From positions 24,561 to 88,560 of the IMG/VR virus record IMGVR_UViG_3300028048_000113: 64,000 nucleotides of DNA, one strand, 5' to 3'. The notes beneath the pieces were generated by a model that was not told the origin of the DNA, did not search any database, and was given only the letters and a program-made list of their open reading frames with translations. The stretch's first letter is position 1, and the number at the start of each line of letters is the position of its first letter. Of this stretch, positions 48,208-57,085 are shown in pieces. Source of the DNA: a virus (lineage: Duplodnaviria > Caudoviricetes). The translations under genes were made by a program, and so were the position numbers.

Positions 48208-48552
48208 ATGACACTAAGTGAATGTTTTGATGCAATAAAAGCTGGTAATCAAGCTATAAAAGATATTGATGCTACTTTATATTATTATTCTAGAGTAGCT
48301 ATACAAAATCAAGGTTGTTATTATTTTCAAGAAAAGAATTGTCAAAATATGGATGATTTTTATAAACTTATAGATGAAGTTGCAGATGCTGTTCGTGATG
48401 AAAAAGATTTTTATATTGATCTTTTGTCTAAAGACTGTGAATGGAATTTTGATGATGGAAAAGCCACAATCCATTTGGCAGATCCAAATATAGGTAAAAT
48501 AATAACTGTTCATATGATGTTACAATTGCAGATTAAGTATGAACATATATAA
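48208..48552 (+). CDS. Hypothetical protein
   Basis: 114 aa, RBS AAGGAG. Confidence 0.55.
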   Translation: MTLSECFDAIKAGNQAIKDIDATLYYYSRVAIQNQGCYYFQEKNCQNMDDFYKLIDEVADAVRDEKDFYIDLLSKDCEWNFDDGKATIHLADPNIGKIITVHMMLQLQIKYEHI

Positions 48553-48563
48553 AGGAGAAAGCT

Positions 48564-48746
48564 ATGTCTTATAAACCAGAGAAAATTCCAAAGGAACTTT
48601 ATAAAGATTGTGAGCGATGTGCCAAGACTTATGGCACTTTAGGTTGTTGTGATACCGTTAGTAATGAATGGGTGTATGACTGTATAGAAGGACATAAGGA
48701 ATTTATAGATATTGCAATTCATAGACTTGAAAAAGAAGAAAATTAA
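48564..48746 (+). CDS. Small Cys-rich hypothetical protein
   Basis: CERC, GCC, C; RBS AAGGAG. Confidence 0.5.
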   Translation: MSYKPEKIPKELYKDCERCAKTYGTLGCCDTVSNEWVYDCIEGHKEFIDIAIHRLEKEEN

Positions 48747-48760
48747 GGGAGTGAATATTT

Positions 48761-49333
48761 ATGACAATAGATGAAGTATATGAGTTAATTATCTCAAATA
48801 AAAATTATAAAAAGTATACAATTAAAAGAAATGAAAATGGCTTTACTGTAACATTAGGTGCTTTTAGATTGACTATAAATAGAGAGGTTGCAGACAATAT
48901 TGAAACTGAAATACCTTATACATATTCAGATACCAAAAGAGTTGATAGAAAAGTAAAGGTACATGATCTTGCAAAAGATATTAATGTTTTATTAAGCAGA
49001 GACTGGGAACCTCAAACATATACTAGAGGCTTTCATGTATTTATTGGTGAACCTGAAGAAAATGGTGATTATCAAGCAGAAGATAGAGTATTTTTTAGAT
49101 ATGATGATTATGACTTGATTGAAGAAGTAGAAGTAGATGGAAATTATGAAGTAACTTCTGGTTATGCTGATAAGGATAAGCTTTATGTAAGAACAATTAG
49201 TTCATTACCAAAAGTAACATTAGATCAAATAAACAATATTGAAGCTGCAGATGCAATTAGTTCTTGGGCTGAAACCTATAGTGATAAGTATACTGACTGG
49301 TATGGTAAAGGATTCTCAAAGGGTACATTCTAA
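48761..49333 (+). CDS. Hypothetical protein
   Basis: 190 aa. Confidence 0.55.
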   Translation: MTIDEVYELIISNKNYKKYTIKRNENGFTVTLGAFRLTINREVADNIETEIPYTYSDTKRVDRKVKVHDLAKDINVLLSRDWEPQTYTRGFHVFIGEPEENGDYQAEDRVFFRYDDYDLIEEVEVDGNYEVTSGYADKDKLYVRTISSLPKVTLDQINNIEAADAISSWAETYSDKYTDWYGKGFSKGTF

Positions 49334-49344
49334 GGAGATACAAC

Positions 49345-50691
49345 ATGAAACTTGATTTTTATTCAGGTGAAGCAAAGAAAATAAAGAAATTTTTAGATAT
49401 TGATTTACCTTATACCAAAGCAGAAATAAGAGTATGCAATGGACAATCTAATATAAAATTTAAAAAGAATCTTAAAGGTTTTAGAGATACTTGTTTTGAA
49501 GTATTAGAAGGATATAATGATTCTTATGTATCAGTTAAACCAATCAATAATATTTATGTACAACAGGCTATTTTTGATGTTTATGATGCTGTAAGACTTA
49601 CTATTCATATAAAAGTAAAAGATCTTAGTAAAGAAGAAATGGTAAATTTATATTCTTTTGGTTTTACTTCTACTCAAGCAGAGAATTTCAGATTAAAGAA
49701 AAAATGTCTACCTGAAACAACAGAAGATGACATGATAGAGATAATCAAGAAAGTATATGAAGGTGATGATCTTTACATTGAGGCCTGCACTAATCATACT
49801 GAAATTAAGTATACTGGTCCTTATGCTGAATTTTTAAAAGATATGGAAATTATCGGTGCTAAAGAATTTGACTTACCTTTAGATATAAAAATATATGATC
49901 GTGATGTTTTTTGGTCTTCTTCTGAAGTTGAGTTTTTAGAATGTTCTTCAGCTCGCGGAAAAACACCAATAATAACTATTCCAGCCACTTTACATTGCAT
50001 TTGTGGTAGACCTAAATATACTAGTTATGGTGATGGTTTTAATTATGGAGATGTTTTAGCTAGTAGAAGTGGAAATGTACTCAAAGAAAAATTAAAAGAA
50101 TGTGTTAATGCCTATTGTAATGATAATATACCTGATCTTAAAAAGAGTGTAGAACATTGTCTCTTTTTTACCACAGAATTACAAGATTTATTTAGATATA
50201 GTGTAAGATATTATAAAAAGAACCCCAAAATTATATATGATAATCATCTTAATTTTGCTTTTGATTTAGATGAATTGGAAAAAACTCTTAGTTCTATTAG
50301 TAAATCTCCTGTTAGTTTTGCTAATTATGCAGCAAAAATCAATAAACCTAATATAGGTCTCACTGACAAATTATATGACTTTTTTGTTCATTTAGATGAG
50401 TTTTCTGATCTTGTAGTCACTAATGTTGATGATGTCTATGCAGATAAAGCTGGTGTAACTAAAATAATAGCTAAAAATTCAGATCGTGATATAGTACTCG
50501 CTATACTAGAATTTGAAAATGGTTCATATAAAGTAATAGAACAAAATGAAAGTTCCGCTAATTATATCATAAATAATAAAAAGACTTTAACAACTTTTAT
50601 TGAAGGACTTAGTGAGAATGAATATCTTAGTATTAAATTACAAGATCAAATAAGAGATGTAAAGAATTTAATTTTAATTAACTTATTATAG
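49345..50691 (+). CDS. Hypothetical protein
   Basis: 448 aa, no motif recognised. Confidence 0.6.
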   Translation: MKLDFYSGEAKKIKKFLDIDLPYTKAEIRVCNGQSNIKFKKNLKGFRDTCFEVLEGYNDSYVSVKPINNIYVQQAIFDVYDAVRLTIHIKVKDLSKEEMVNLYSFGFTSTQAENFRLKKKCLPETTEDDMIEIIKKVYEGDDLYIEACTNHTEIKYTGPYAEFLKDMEIIGAKEFDLPLDIKIYDRDVFWSSSEVEFLECSSARGKTPIITIPATLHCICGRPKYTSYGDGFNYGDVLASRSGNVLKEKLKECVNAYCNDNIPDLKKSVEHCLFFTTELQDLFRYSVRYYKKNPKIIYDNHLNFAFDLDELEKTLSSISKSPVSFANYAAKINKPNIGLTDKLYDFFVHLDEFSDLVVTNVDDVYADKAGVTKIIAKNSDRDIVLAILEFENGSYKVIEQNESSANYIINNKKTLTTFIEGLSENEYLSIKLQDQIRDVKNLILINLL

Positions 50692-50701
50692 GAGAAATAA
50701 T

Positions 50702-51211
50702 ATGTTTGAAATGAAGTTAATGGATCTAAAAGTTTTCATAGCTACCGGAAAGGCTAAAATTCTTACACAAGCTGAAGAGGAAATTAAGAGCTTACCTGAT
50801 TCTTTCTTTGAGGCTTATGCATATTCTCATAGAAAAGATGATGATACAATTTGTCTTACTTTTGGTGGTATTGCATTTGCTGGCGAAGAATTAACTAAAA
50901 TTATGGAAAATTATCATCCATATTTAATATTTGAACGTTATCAGCTTTTTGAGAATCAATATTATTTTCCAGAAAAATTTGATTTTACAGATATGTTAGC
51001 TTATGAAGTATTAACTGCTCTTCCGGCTGAGGCATACTATGATGAGGCATACAAGACATATAGACATATATTCTCTGATGATGAAATTAGTCTATTGGGT
51101 TATCTATTAATAGATAGATTCGAGAAAGTACTATCTTGTGAACTAATGTTTCGTTTAGACTGGAATAGTGATAAAGAAGTCTATAACATTATAATTTATC
51201 CAAATAACTGA
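50702..51211 (+). CDS. Hypothetical protein
   Basis: 169 aa, RBS AGGAG. Confidence 0.55.
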   Translation: MFEMKLMDLKVFIATGKAKILTQAEEEIKSLPDSFFEAYAYSHRKDDDTICLTFGGIAFAGEELTKIMENYHPYLIFERYQLFENQYYFPEKFDFTDMLAYEVLTALPAEAYYDEAYKTYRHIFSDDEISLLGYLLIDRFEKVLSCELMFRLDWNSDKEVYNIIIYPNN

Positions 51212-51332
51212 TTTACTTTATCAGAATAACAAATATAATAAAAATATCTGGTCCTTTATTGGATCAGATATTTGTGTGATTTACGAGAGTCTATTTAATT
51301 ATATAAGTGCCCTATAGAAAGGAGATATATAC

Positions 51333-52094
51333 ATGTCAAAAGGTTATGTCTATATTATGACGACAGCCGTTGAAGGCATAATTAAGATTGGACGATCTGA
51401 TAATTGGACTAGACGATGTCAAGATCAATTAGAAGCAAATGGTTATAAAAATATGAATGGTCTAAAAACTTATTTTGTTGTACAAGTAAGTGACCAAGAA
51501 GAAATTGAATCTATAATGCATGACATTTTTAGAGAATCTAGAGTATCTAATTTTGAAATGTTTGCAGTAGATAAAGATAGAGCAAAAAGAGTTCTTTCTA
51601 AAATGGGAACTCAAGTATTTCCAGAAATAGAAATTAAACAACCTAAAAAGGTTGAAAAGACTGATGAGTCAAAAATGACTTTGCAGGATTATTATAAATT
51701 ATTTTGGAAAGATTTTAATGCTGTATTAGTATTCAATAATGCTCCATATAAACCAAGAAGTGAAGATCAAAATTTTAGACTTTACTTTAATTTTGGATCT
51801 AATTACAGTATCAATTTAATACCTAAAGAAAATGTTATAAAATTTAAGTTCTTTACTGATGAAATTTCATATAATAAAATGATGTCCAATAAAGAAACTA
51901 TAGAAAAAGAATTAGGTAGACCTATATACTTTAAGGCTGAAATTGGTGCTGTTTCTAAAAAGATGCAATATGAATGTGATACACTTATTGAAAATTTTGA
52001 TATAACTAATTATGATAAACAAGTTGTAACTGAGACTTTAGATGTTGCATTAAAATTTAAAGATATATTAAATAATTATTTGAAAGGAATTTAA
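51333..52094 (+). CDS. T5orf172/GIY-YIG-like domain plus DUF4268-like C-domain
   Basis: GYVYIM..IKIGRS..R..E..MH..F..E.F; C-part FWKDF...KETIEKELG. Confidence 0.6.
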   Translation: MSKGYVYIMTTAVEGIIKIGRSDNWTRRCQDQLEANGYKNMNGLKTYFVVQVSDQEEIESIMHDIFRESRVSNFEMFAVDKDRAKRVLSKMGTQVFPEIEIKQPKKVEKTDESKMTLQDYYKLFWKDFNAVLVFNNAPYKPRSEDQNFRLYFNFGSNYSINLIPKENVIKFKFFTDEISYNKMMSNKETIEKELGRPIYFKAEIGAVSKKMQYECDTLIENFDITNYDKQVVTETLDVALKFKDILNNYLKGI

Positions 52095-52099
52095 TTAAA

Positions 52100-53131
52100 A
52101 TGATTGATTCAAAGTATTATGATATTAAAGAAAAAATAGAAGAGTCAGATTTTTGGACAAATAAACTTTATAATATGGCTTATGAAAGAGTAAAGGATAG
52201 ACAATATCCTCTTGTTATTCCTTCATATAATAGACCAGATAATAAAATGACGAAATATATCTATGAACATACTATTGATGAGGAACCTTGGGATATTTAT
52301 GTAGTTGTTAGAGCTTCTCAGAAAGAAATATATGAGCAGGCAGAATATTTTAAGAAATGTAATGGTAAGATTAAACTTCTTCCTTTTCCTGATGAAACCA
52401 TTAATGATTTAGGTAAAGTTAGAGTAGAAACAATTAAATATTTTTCAGGTAAGAAAGATTGTATCTTCATGATTGATGATGATACACTTGATATAACATA
52501 TACAGTACCTTATACAAGAAAATCTGGTGCTCAGATTTCAATGTCAGTTACTGATAAATTTATTGGTCATAATACTAATTTTGCTAGAATTTTAGCAATG
52601 TGGCAGGTTGCTATGGAGGAAACTCTTAAAAAGCATGATAATGTTATTATTTCCTGTCCTATGATTGCTGGGTTTAGTTGGGCTCCTAATTTCTGTGATC
52701 CTGAAAATAGTTTAAAGATAATGAGTGGTGCTCAGGCTTGTTGTATGTGTATTAATATAAAAGCATGTAATAAGTATGACATTACTTTTAGAACTAATAA
52801 GGGTAATGGTCATGAAGATAAAGACTTTGTAATTAGAGCAATTCAAAAAGGCTGTATGACAGCTGAGTATAGATGGCTTGCTTATTATTCAGATGGTCTT
52901 GGTACTGATTTCTTAAATAGTGGGATAGCTGAAAGAATGGCTAAGCAACATGATGAAATGTATGCTAATTTTAAAGATGTTGATTATGTTAAGTTTATTA
53001 TTGATAGAAAAGGTCTTAAAAATGTAAGAGTCAATTGGAGTAGAGCAACTAAGTTTTATAATAACTTAACTGGTGAAAACATTAATAAGACAAATAATAA
53101 ATTTAACTTAGCGGAGATATTAGGACTATGA
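52100..53131 (+). CDS. GT-A glycosyltransferase, T-even glucosyl-hmC glucosyltransferase-like
   Basis: VIPSYNR, VVVR, IFMIDDDT (DxD), HEDKDF. Confidence 0.72.
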   Translation: MIDSKYYDIKEKIEESDFWTNKLYNMAYERVKDRQYPLVIPSYNRPDNKMTKYIYEHTIDEEPWDIYVVVRASQKEIYEQAEYFKKCNGKIKLLPFPDETINDLGKVRVETIKYFSGKKDCIFMIDDDTLDITYTVPYTRKSGAQISMSVTDKFIGHNTNFARILAMWQVAMEETLKKHDNVIISCPMIAGFSWAPNFCDPENSLKIMSGAQACCMCINIKACNKYDITFRTNKGNGHEDKDFVIRAIQKGCMTAEYRWLAYYSDGLGTDFLNSGIAERMAKQHDEMYANFKDVDYVKFIIDRKGLKNVRVNWSRATKFYNNLTGENINKTNNKFNLAEILGL

Positions 53132-54237
53132 AAGCAATAGGAATGCATATATTCTGTGGAAGTCAGACAATCGGACATTTACTTGAAGGTTGGAAGATAG
53201 ACACAGTACTTGAAATTTCAGAGGATATGCCTAATCAAAATGCATATCATTTCATTAAGAATTATCCTAAGATTCAGGTAAAAAAACCTTCTGAGTATGA
53301 GGATAATGAAGCATATCTTGACAAACTTAAATCAGAGAATTATGATCTTTTATATTCAAATCCTCCCTGTTCTGGTTTGTCTCAGATAAATAGAAACGCT
53401 AGTGCTGATTGTGCAATAAATGGTAATATCTATAAAGTAATCAACATGGTAAAGAGAATAGAGCCTAAGACATTCTTGATAGAAAATGCTCCTACTCTTA
53501 CTACAACTGGTTTGCCTATTCTTAAGGATCTAGTAAAACAGTTACCTAATTATTATGTAACAATAATCAATGACTATGCTAGAAATCATAATGTTCCTAT
53601 GAATAGACGTAGAACAATGGTTGTAGGATTCTGTAAAAATAATTTTACAAAGATGCCTCAGATACACCAACATGCAGTTGAGACTGATCTTAAGACAGTT
53701 CTTGCTGGAGTTGATTATACATACAATAAAGAATATATTAAGGAAACTGATAAAGATTTGTTTAAGTATTACAAGTATGTAAAGCAAGGCAATGATCTTT
53801 ATGATGCACTTGTTGACAATGATGTAATCATAAACAAAGCAGTTGAGAAGATTAAGTATAATAGAGAGCATAATCTCAGAAGCTGGAATAAGTCACCTTG
53901 GAGACCTGATAAATTAGCACCTTCAATGACCTCTCTTACTAGAATTATTCACCCCACAGAGGATAGAGATTTTTATATTAGAGAGTATGCAGCTCTTATG
54001 GGTTATCCAAATGACTTTGTTTTCTATACAGATGGTCAAACACCTATTGTGCAGTGTATAGCTCAAGGTGTTCCTGTTAATTTTATTAGATATATTTCTA
54101 GTGAAATTAAGAATTCTTTTAAGACAAAGGATTTTGTTGATTGTGAGGTTCTGTATATTAATCAGTGTAATCCTGATAGTATAAAGACTAAAGAATATAC
54201 AAGAGAGTCATTTGATGGAACTGAAAAGATTATATAA
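53128..54237 (+). CDS. Divergent C5 cytosine DNA methyltransferase-like protein
   Basis: Motif IV NPPCSG, motif VI IENAP, motif VIII PMNRRR, C-terminal REYAALMGYP..F and AQGVP; motif I degenerate (FCGSQ). Confidence 0.78.
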   Translation: MKAIGMHIFCGSQTIGHLLEGWKIDTVLEISEDMPNQNAYHFIKNYPKIQVKKPSEYEDNEAYLDKLKSENYDLLYSNPPCSGLSQINRNASADCAINGNIYKVINMVKRIEPKTFLIENAPTLTTTGLPILKDLVKQLPNYYVTIINDYARNHNVPMNRRRTMVVGFCKNNFTKMPQIHQHAVETDLKTVLAGVDYTYNKEYIKETDKDLFKYYKYVKQGNDLYDALVDNDVIINKAVEKIKYNREHNLRSWNKSPWRPDKLAPSMTSLTRIIHPTEDRDFYIREYAALMGYPNDFVFYTDGQTPIVQCIAQGVPVNFIRYISSEIKNSFKTKDFVDCEVLYINQCNPDSIKTKEYTRESFDGTEKII

Positions 54238-54270
54238 AAGGCTATTTATTCTTAATAGAATGGATGATAC

Positions 54271-54300
54271 AAATGCTTAGTAGAAATACTAGGCATTTTT
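54271..54300 (+). terminator. Probable terminator
   Basis: AAATGCTTAGTA/TACTAGGCATTT stem followed by TT. Confidence 0.55.
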
Positions 54301-54324
54301 CATGACTTTTAAAGGAGAAAATTT

Positions 54325-54882
54325 ATGGCATTTGACAAAAGTAAACTTGCGAAAATGGAACAAAAAACAGAAGAAACAATTGCAAAGGCTAATAATGTAG
54401 CTAAAGAATTAACTCCAATGGAATTCTTTGATGAAGAACTTAAAACTCAATGTGATTTAGCACAATCTTCTATTGAATCAGAAGATTTTGAAAACTGGCT
54501 ACAAAAAGAATGTGAAGAAATGTTAGGTGCTGGTGAAAGAGCCTATGTTGGAGTTAAATTGAAGGTAGAAGAAGATAAAGCCAATGATTCTATTACACTT
54601 CGTTTTAGTGTCTGTACTCCAAAAGAAGTTAAATTCAAAGAATTTGAAATAAAACTTGCTTTAGATGATCTTGAGGATTTTGATGAAGGAGAATTGGCTC
54701 AAATTATTATTAAAGCTTTCTTAGTTATTCCTGGAACCATTATAAAGGCATTCAATGATAAATTTGATGCTTTAGGAATCAAACATGAAGATGCAATAGA
54801 CATGTCTGATGCTGATGGTAAAGAAAAAGGTGAAGCTAAGATGATGATCAGATTAAGATTTGATGATGATGAGGAAGAGTAA
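54325..54882 (+). CDS. Acidic hypothetical protein
   Basis: 185 aa, RBS AAGGAG. Confidence 0.6.
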   Translation: MAFDKSKLAKMEQKTEETIAKANNVAKELTPMEFFDEELKTQCDLAQSSIESEDFENWLQKECEEMLGAGERAYVGVKLKVEEDKANDSITLRFSVCTPKEVKFKEFEIKLALDDLEDFDEGELAQIIIKAFLVIPGTIIKAFNDKFDALGIKHEDAIDMSDADGKEKGEAKMMIRLRFDDDEEE

Positions 54883-54883
54883 T

Positions 54884-55168
54884 ATGACTAGAGAAGAAGT
54901 ATTAGCTTTAGCTACTGATGATTATCAGAATAGAAGAGGAGATGCTCCAGAATCAGATGTTCCTGACTCTATTAGTGTTTATGAGAGATCAGATGGTAAC
55001 TTTTCGATCTCAGCTAGTTTTAAGAATACTTCAGAAGATAGAGCTGAAAAGTGGTTAGAAAAGTTTGTTGATAAAAAGGATCTCAAGACAGTAAGAGCAG
55101 TCTCTGCTTGGCAATCTGGAGAATATCATGATGACTGGGTAGATGCGGAAATTGTTGTCTCAATTTAA
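54884..55168 (+). CDS. Hypothetical protein
   Basis: Start moved to ATG 54884. Confidence 0.55.
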   Translation: MTREEVLALATDDYQNRRGDAPESDVPDSISVYERSDGNFSISASFKNTSEDRAEKWLEKFVDKKDLKTVRAVSAWQSGEYHDDWVDAEIVVSI

Positions 55169-55233
55169 TTTTTTTATTTACTTTCTGAAAATTTATACAT
55201 ATAATAAAACTATATGTAAAAGGAAGTATAGAC

Positions 55234-55845
55234 ATGAATATAGAAAAGTTTAACAAAACTAAATCAGAGTCTTTAAGTAAGTGGGATAAAGACTGTGCAT
55301 TTTTTGATCTTATTACTAAAGAGTGGATTGATTATCTTAAGGTTGTGATAGAAAATATTTCTGATGAGAAATTAGATAATCTTATAGATAAAAAGATATT
55401 TGATTATCCTAATAGTAAATATATTTATATAAATCAAAAGATTTGTTATCCTTTAATTGAAAAGTATAGCTCTAGTGCTACATTATCACATGAAGTCACT
55501 CTTTATTATAGAGAGTATGAAGATTTATTTAAAAATGAAGATTATGAATTTTTCTATACATCTGATCAATTAGATATACTTGAAAGTAATCCTGATGTTA
55601 ATGATGATTATGATTATTCAGAAACTCAAGCTGCATATATAATGGAATATGCAAGTGCTAGATATTACATAAATAAAGAAATAATACCAGCATTGCAAAA
55701 AAGACTTGAAAAATATGGGTTATTAGTAGTTTCAGGACAATTTTCTTCTTCAGAAATAAACATAAAAGTAAAGAATCCAGTTAATATGAGTAAGTTAGAT
55801 CAGTTTAAACTTAATATAAGAAATAAAAAGGCTCAAAGGAAGTAA
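55234..55845 (+). CDS. Hypothetical protein (paralog of 55848..56396)
   Basis: Shared N- and C-terminal motifs; behind promoter 55177-55205. Confidence 0.6.
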   Translation: MNIEKFNKTKSESLSKWDKDCAFFDLITKEWIDYLKVVIENISDEKLDNLIDKKIFDYPNSKYIYINQKICYPLIEKYSSSATLSHEVTLYYREYEDLFKNEDYEFFYTSDQLDILESNPDVNDDYDYSETQAAYIMEYASARYYINKEIIPALQKRLEKYGLLVVSGQFSSSEINIKVKNPVNMSKLDQFKLNIRNKKAQRK

Positions 55846-55847
55846 GC

Positions 55848-56396
55848 ATGGATATAAACAGATTTAATAAAATATATTCAGATGAAAAGCAAAAGCAAGA
55901 TTTTCAGTCTCAATATGCTAAGAAATTCTTAGCAGACGTTGATGTTTACTGGGTAGATTATGTAAAGAAACTTGTTAGTAGTATTTCAGATAAAAATCTT
56001 GATAATAGTATTGCTAGACTTATGCAAAAGTCTCCCCTGGCTGATACTTTTGAGTTACGTCAGTATGTGTATGGACCTAGAATTTATAAAACATACATAA
56101 ACTATAATACATCTTCTGTATTATTTACTGAGTCAGATATGTGGTCAAATTCACTTTCTAGAGCTAAATGTGATAATATTGATTTTAATGCTCTTATAAA
56201 TTATTGTCATCTTAATAAATATTATTATGATAGAAGTGAAGGTTGTGTCTTTTGTCTTAATGAAAAAACTGATGCATTACTAAAACAGATTGTACCATTA
56301 TTAGAATCTAGACTTAAAATGTATGGATTAAAAATTAAGAATACTTATATAAATAGTGGTACTATACATGTAGTATTTTATAATCCTTGTAAATGA
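55848..56396 (+). CDS. Hypothetical protein (paralog of 55234..55845)
   Basis: WVDYVK..ISDKNLDN and IVPLLESRLKMYGL match the upstream gene. Confidence 0.6.
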   Translation: MDINRFNKIYSDEKQKQDFQSQYAKKFLADVDVYWVDYVKKLVSSISDKNLDNSIARLMQKSPLADTFELRQYVYGPRIYKTYINYNTSSVLFTESDMWSNSLSRAKCDNIDFNALINYCHLNKYYYDRSEGCVFCLNEKTDALLKQIVPLLESRLKMYGLKIKNTYINSGTIHVVFYNPCK

Positions 56397-56489
56397 GTAC
56401 CTTTATTAGTACATTAAAAAATGAATAAACTATGTACATTCAATAACTTTTATGATATAATATAATCATAAAAATTAAGGAAGAAAATT

Positions 56490-57017
56490 ATGACAGAAAA
56501 GATTTTGATTTGTGGTAGAAGTGGTTCAGGAAAAGATACATTTGCCAAGCTATTAAAGAGCTTTGGACTAAAGGATGTTTGTTCCTATACCACAAGACCT
56601 AGAAGAGATGGTGAAGGTGATACACATACTTTCATTACTGAAAAAGAAGTTAAGAACTATCCTAACAAAATAGCAGTAACTGAAATCAATGGTTATACAT
56701 ACTTTGCCACAAAAGAACAACTTGAAGAGGCAGACTATTACATTATAGACCCTAATGGAATTGAATACTTGCACTCTCATTTTCCTGAAATCAAGTATAG
56801 AATAGTTTATATCTATGCTGATAGAAAAATAAGAAAGCAGAGAGCAATTTCTAGAGGTGGAGCAAAGGAAAGAAGCATTTTCATATCAAGAGACAAATCA
56901 GAAAATGAACAGTTTAGTAAGTTTGAAAAGAACCTCTACAAGACTAATGTAACTGTATTTGTCAATAATGAAGATGATATTGAAAATCTTAAGAAATTTG
57001 CTAAGATGTATTTGTAA
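56490..57017 (+). CDS. gmk: Guanylate kinase-like nucleoside monophosphate kinase
   Basis: GRSGSGKD, SYTTRPRRDGE, NGYTY, IIDPNG. Confidence 0.8.
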   Translation: MTEKILICGRSGSGKDTFAKLLKSFGLKDVCSYTTRPRRDGEGDTHTFITEKEVKNYPNKIAVTEINGYTYFATKEQLEEADYYIIDPNGIEYLHSHFPEIKYRIVYIYADRKIRKQRAISRGGAKERSIFISRDKSENEQFSKFEKNLYKTNVTVFVNNEDDIENLKKFAKMYL

Positions 57018-57037
57018 TATAAAGTTAACATAGACTA

Positions 57038-57069
57038 AAGTAGTCTCCTCTGGTTAGGAGACTATTTTT
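57038..57069 (+). terminator. Intrinsic terminator
   Basis: AAGTAGTCTCCT/AGGAGACTATTT stem followed by TT. Confidence 0.65.
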
Positions 57070-57085
57070 ATTTTGGAGAAGAAAT

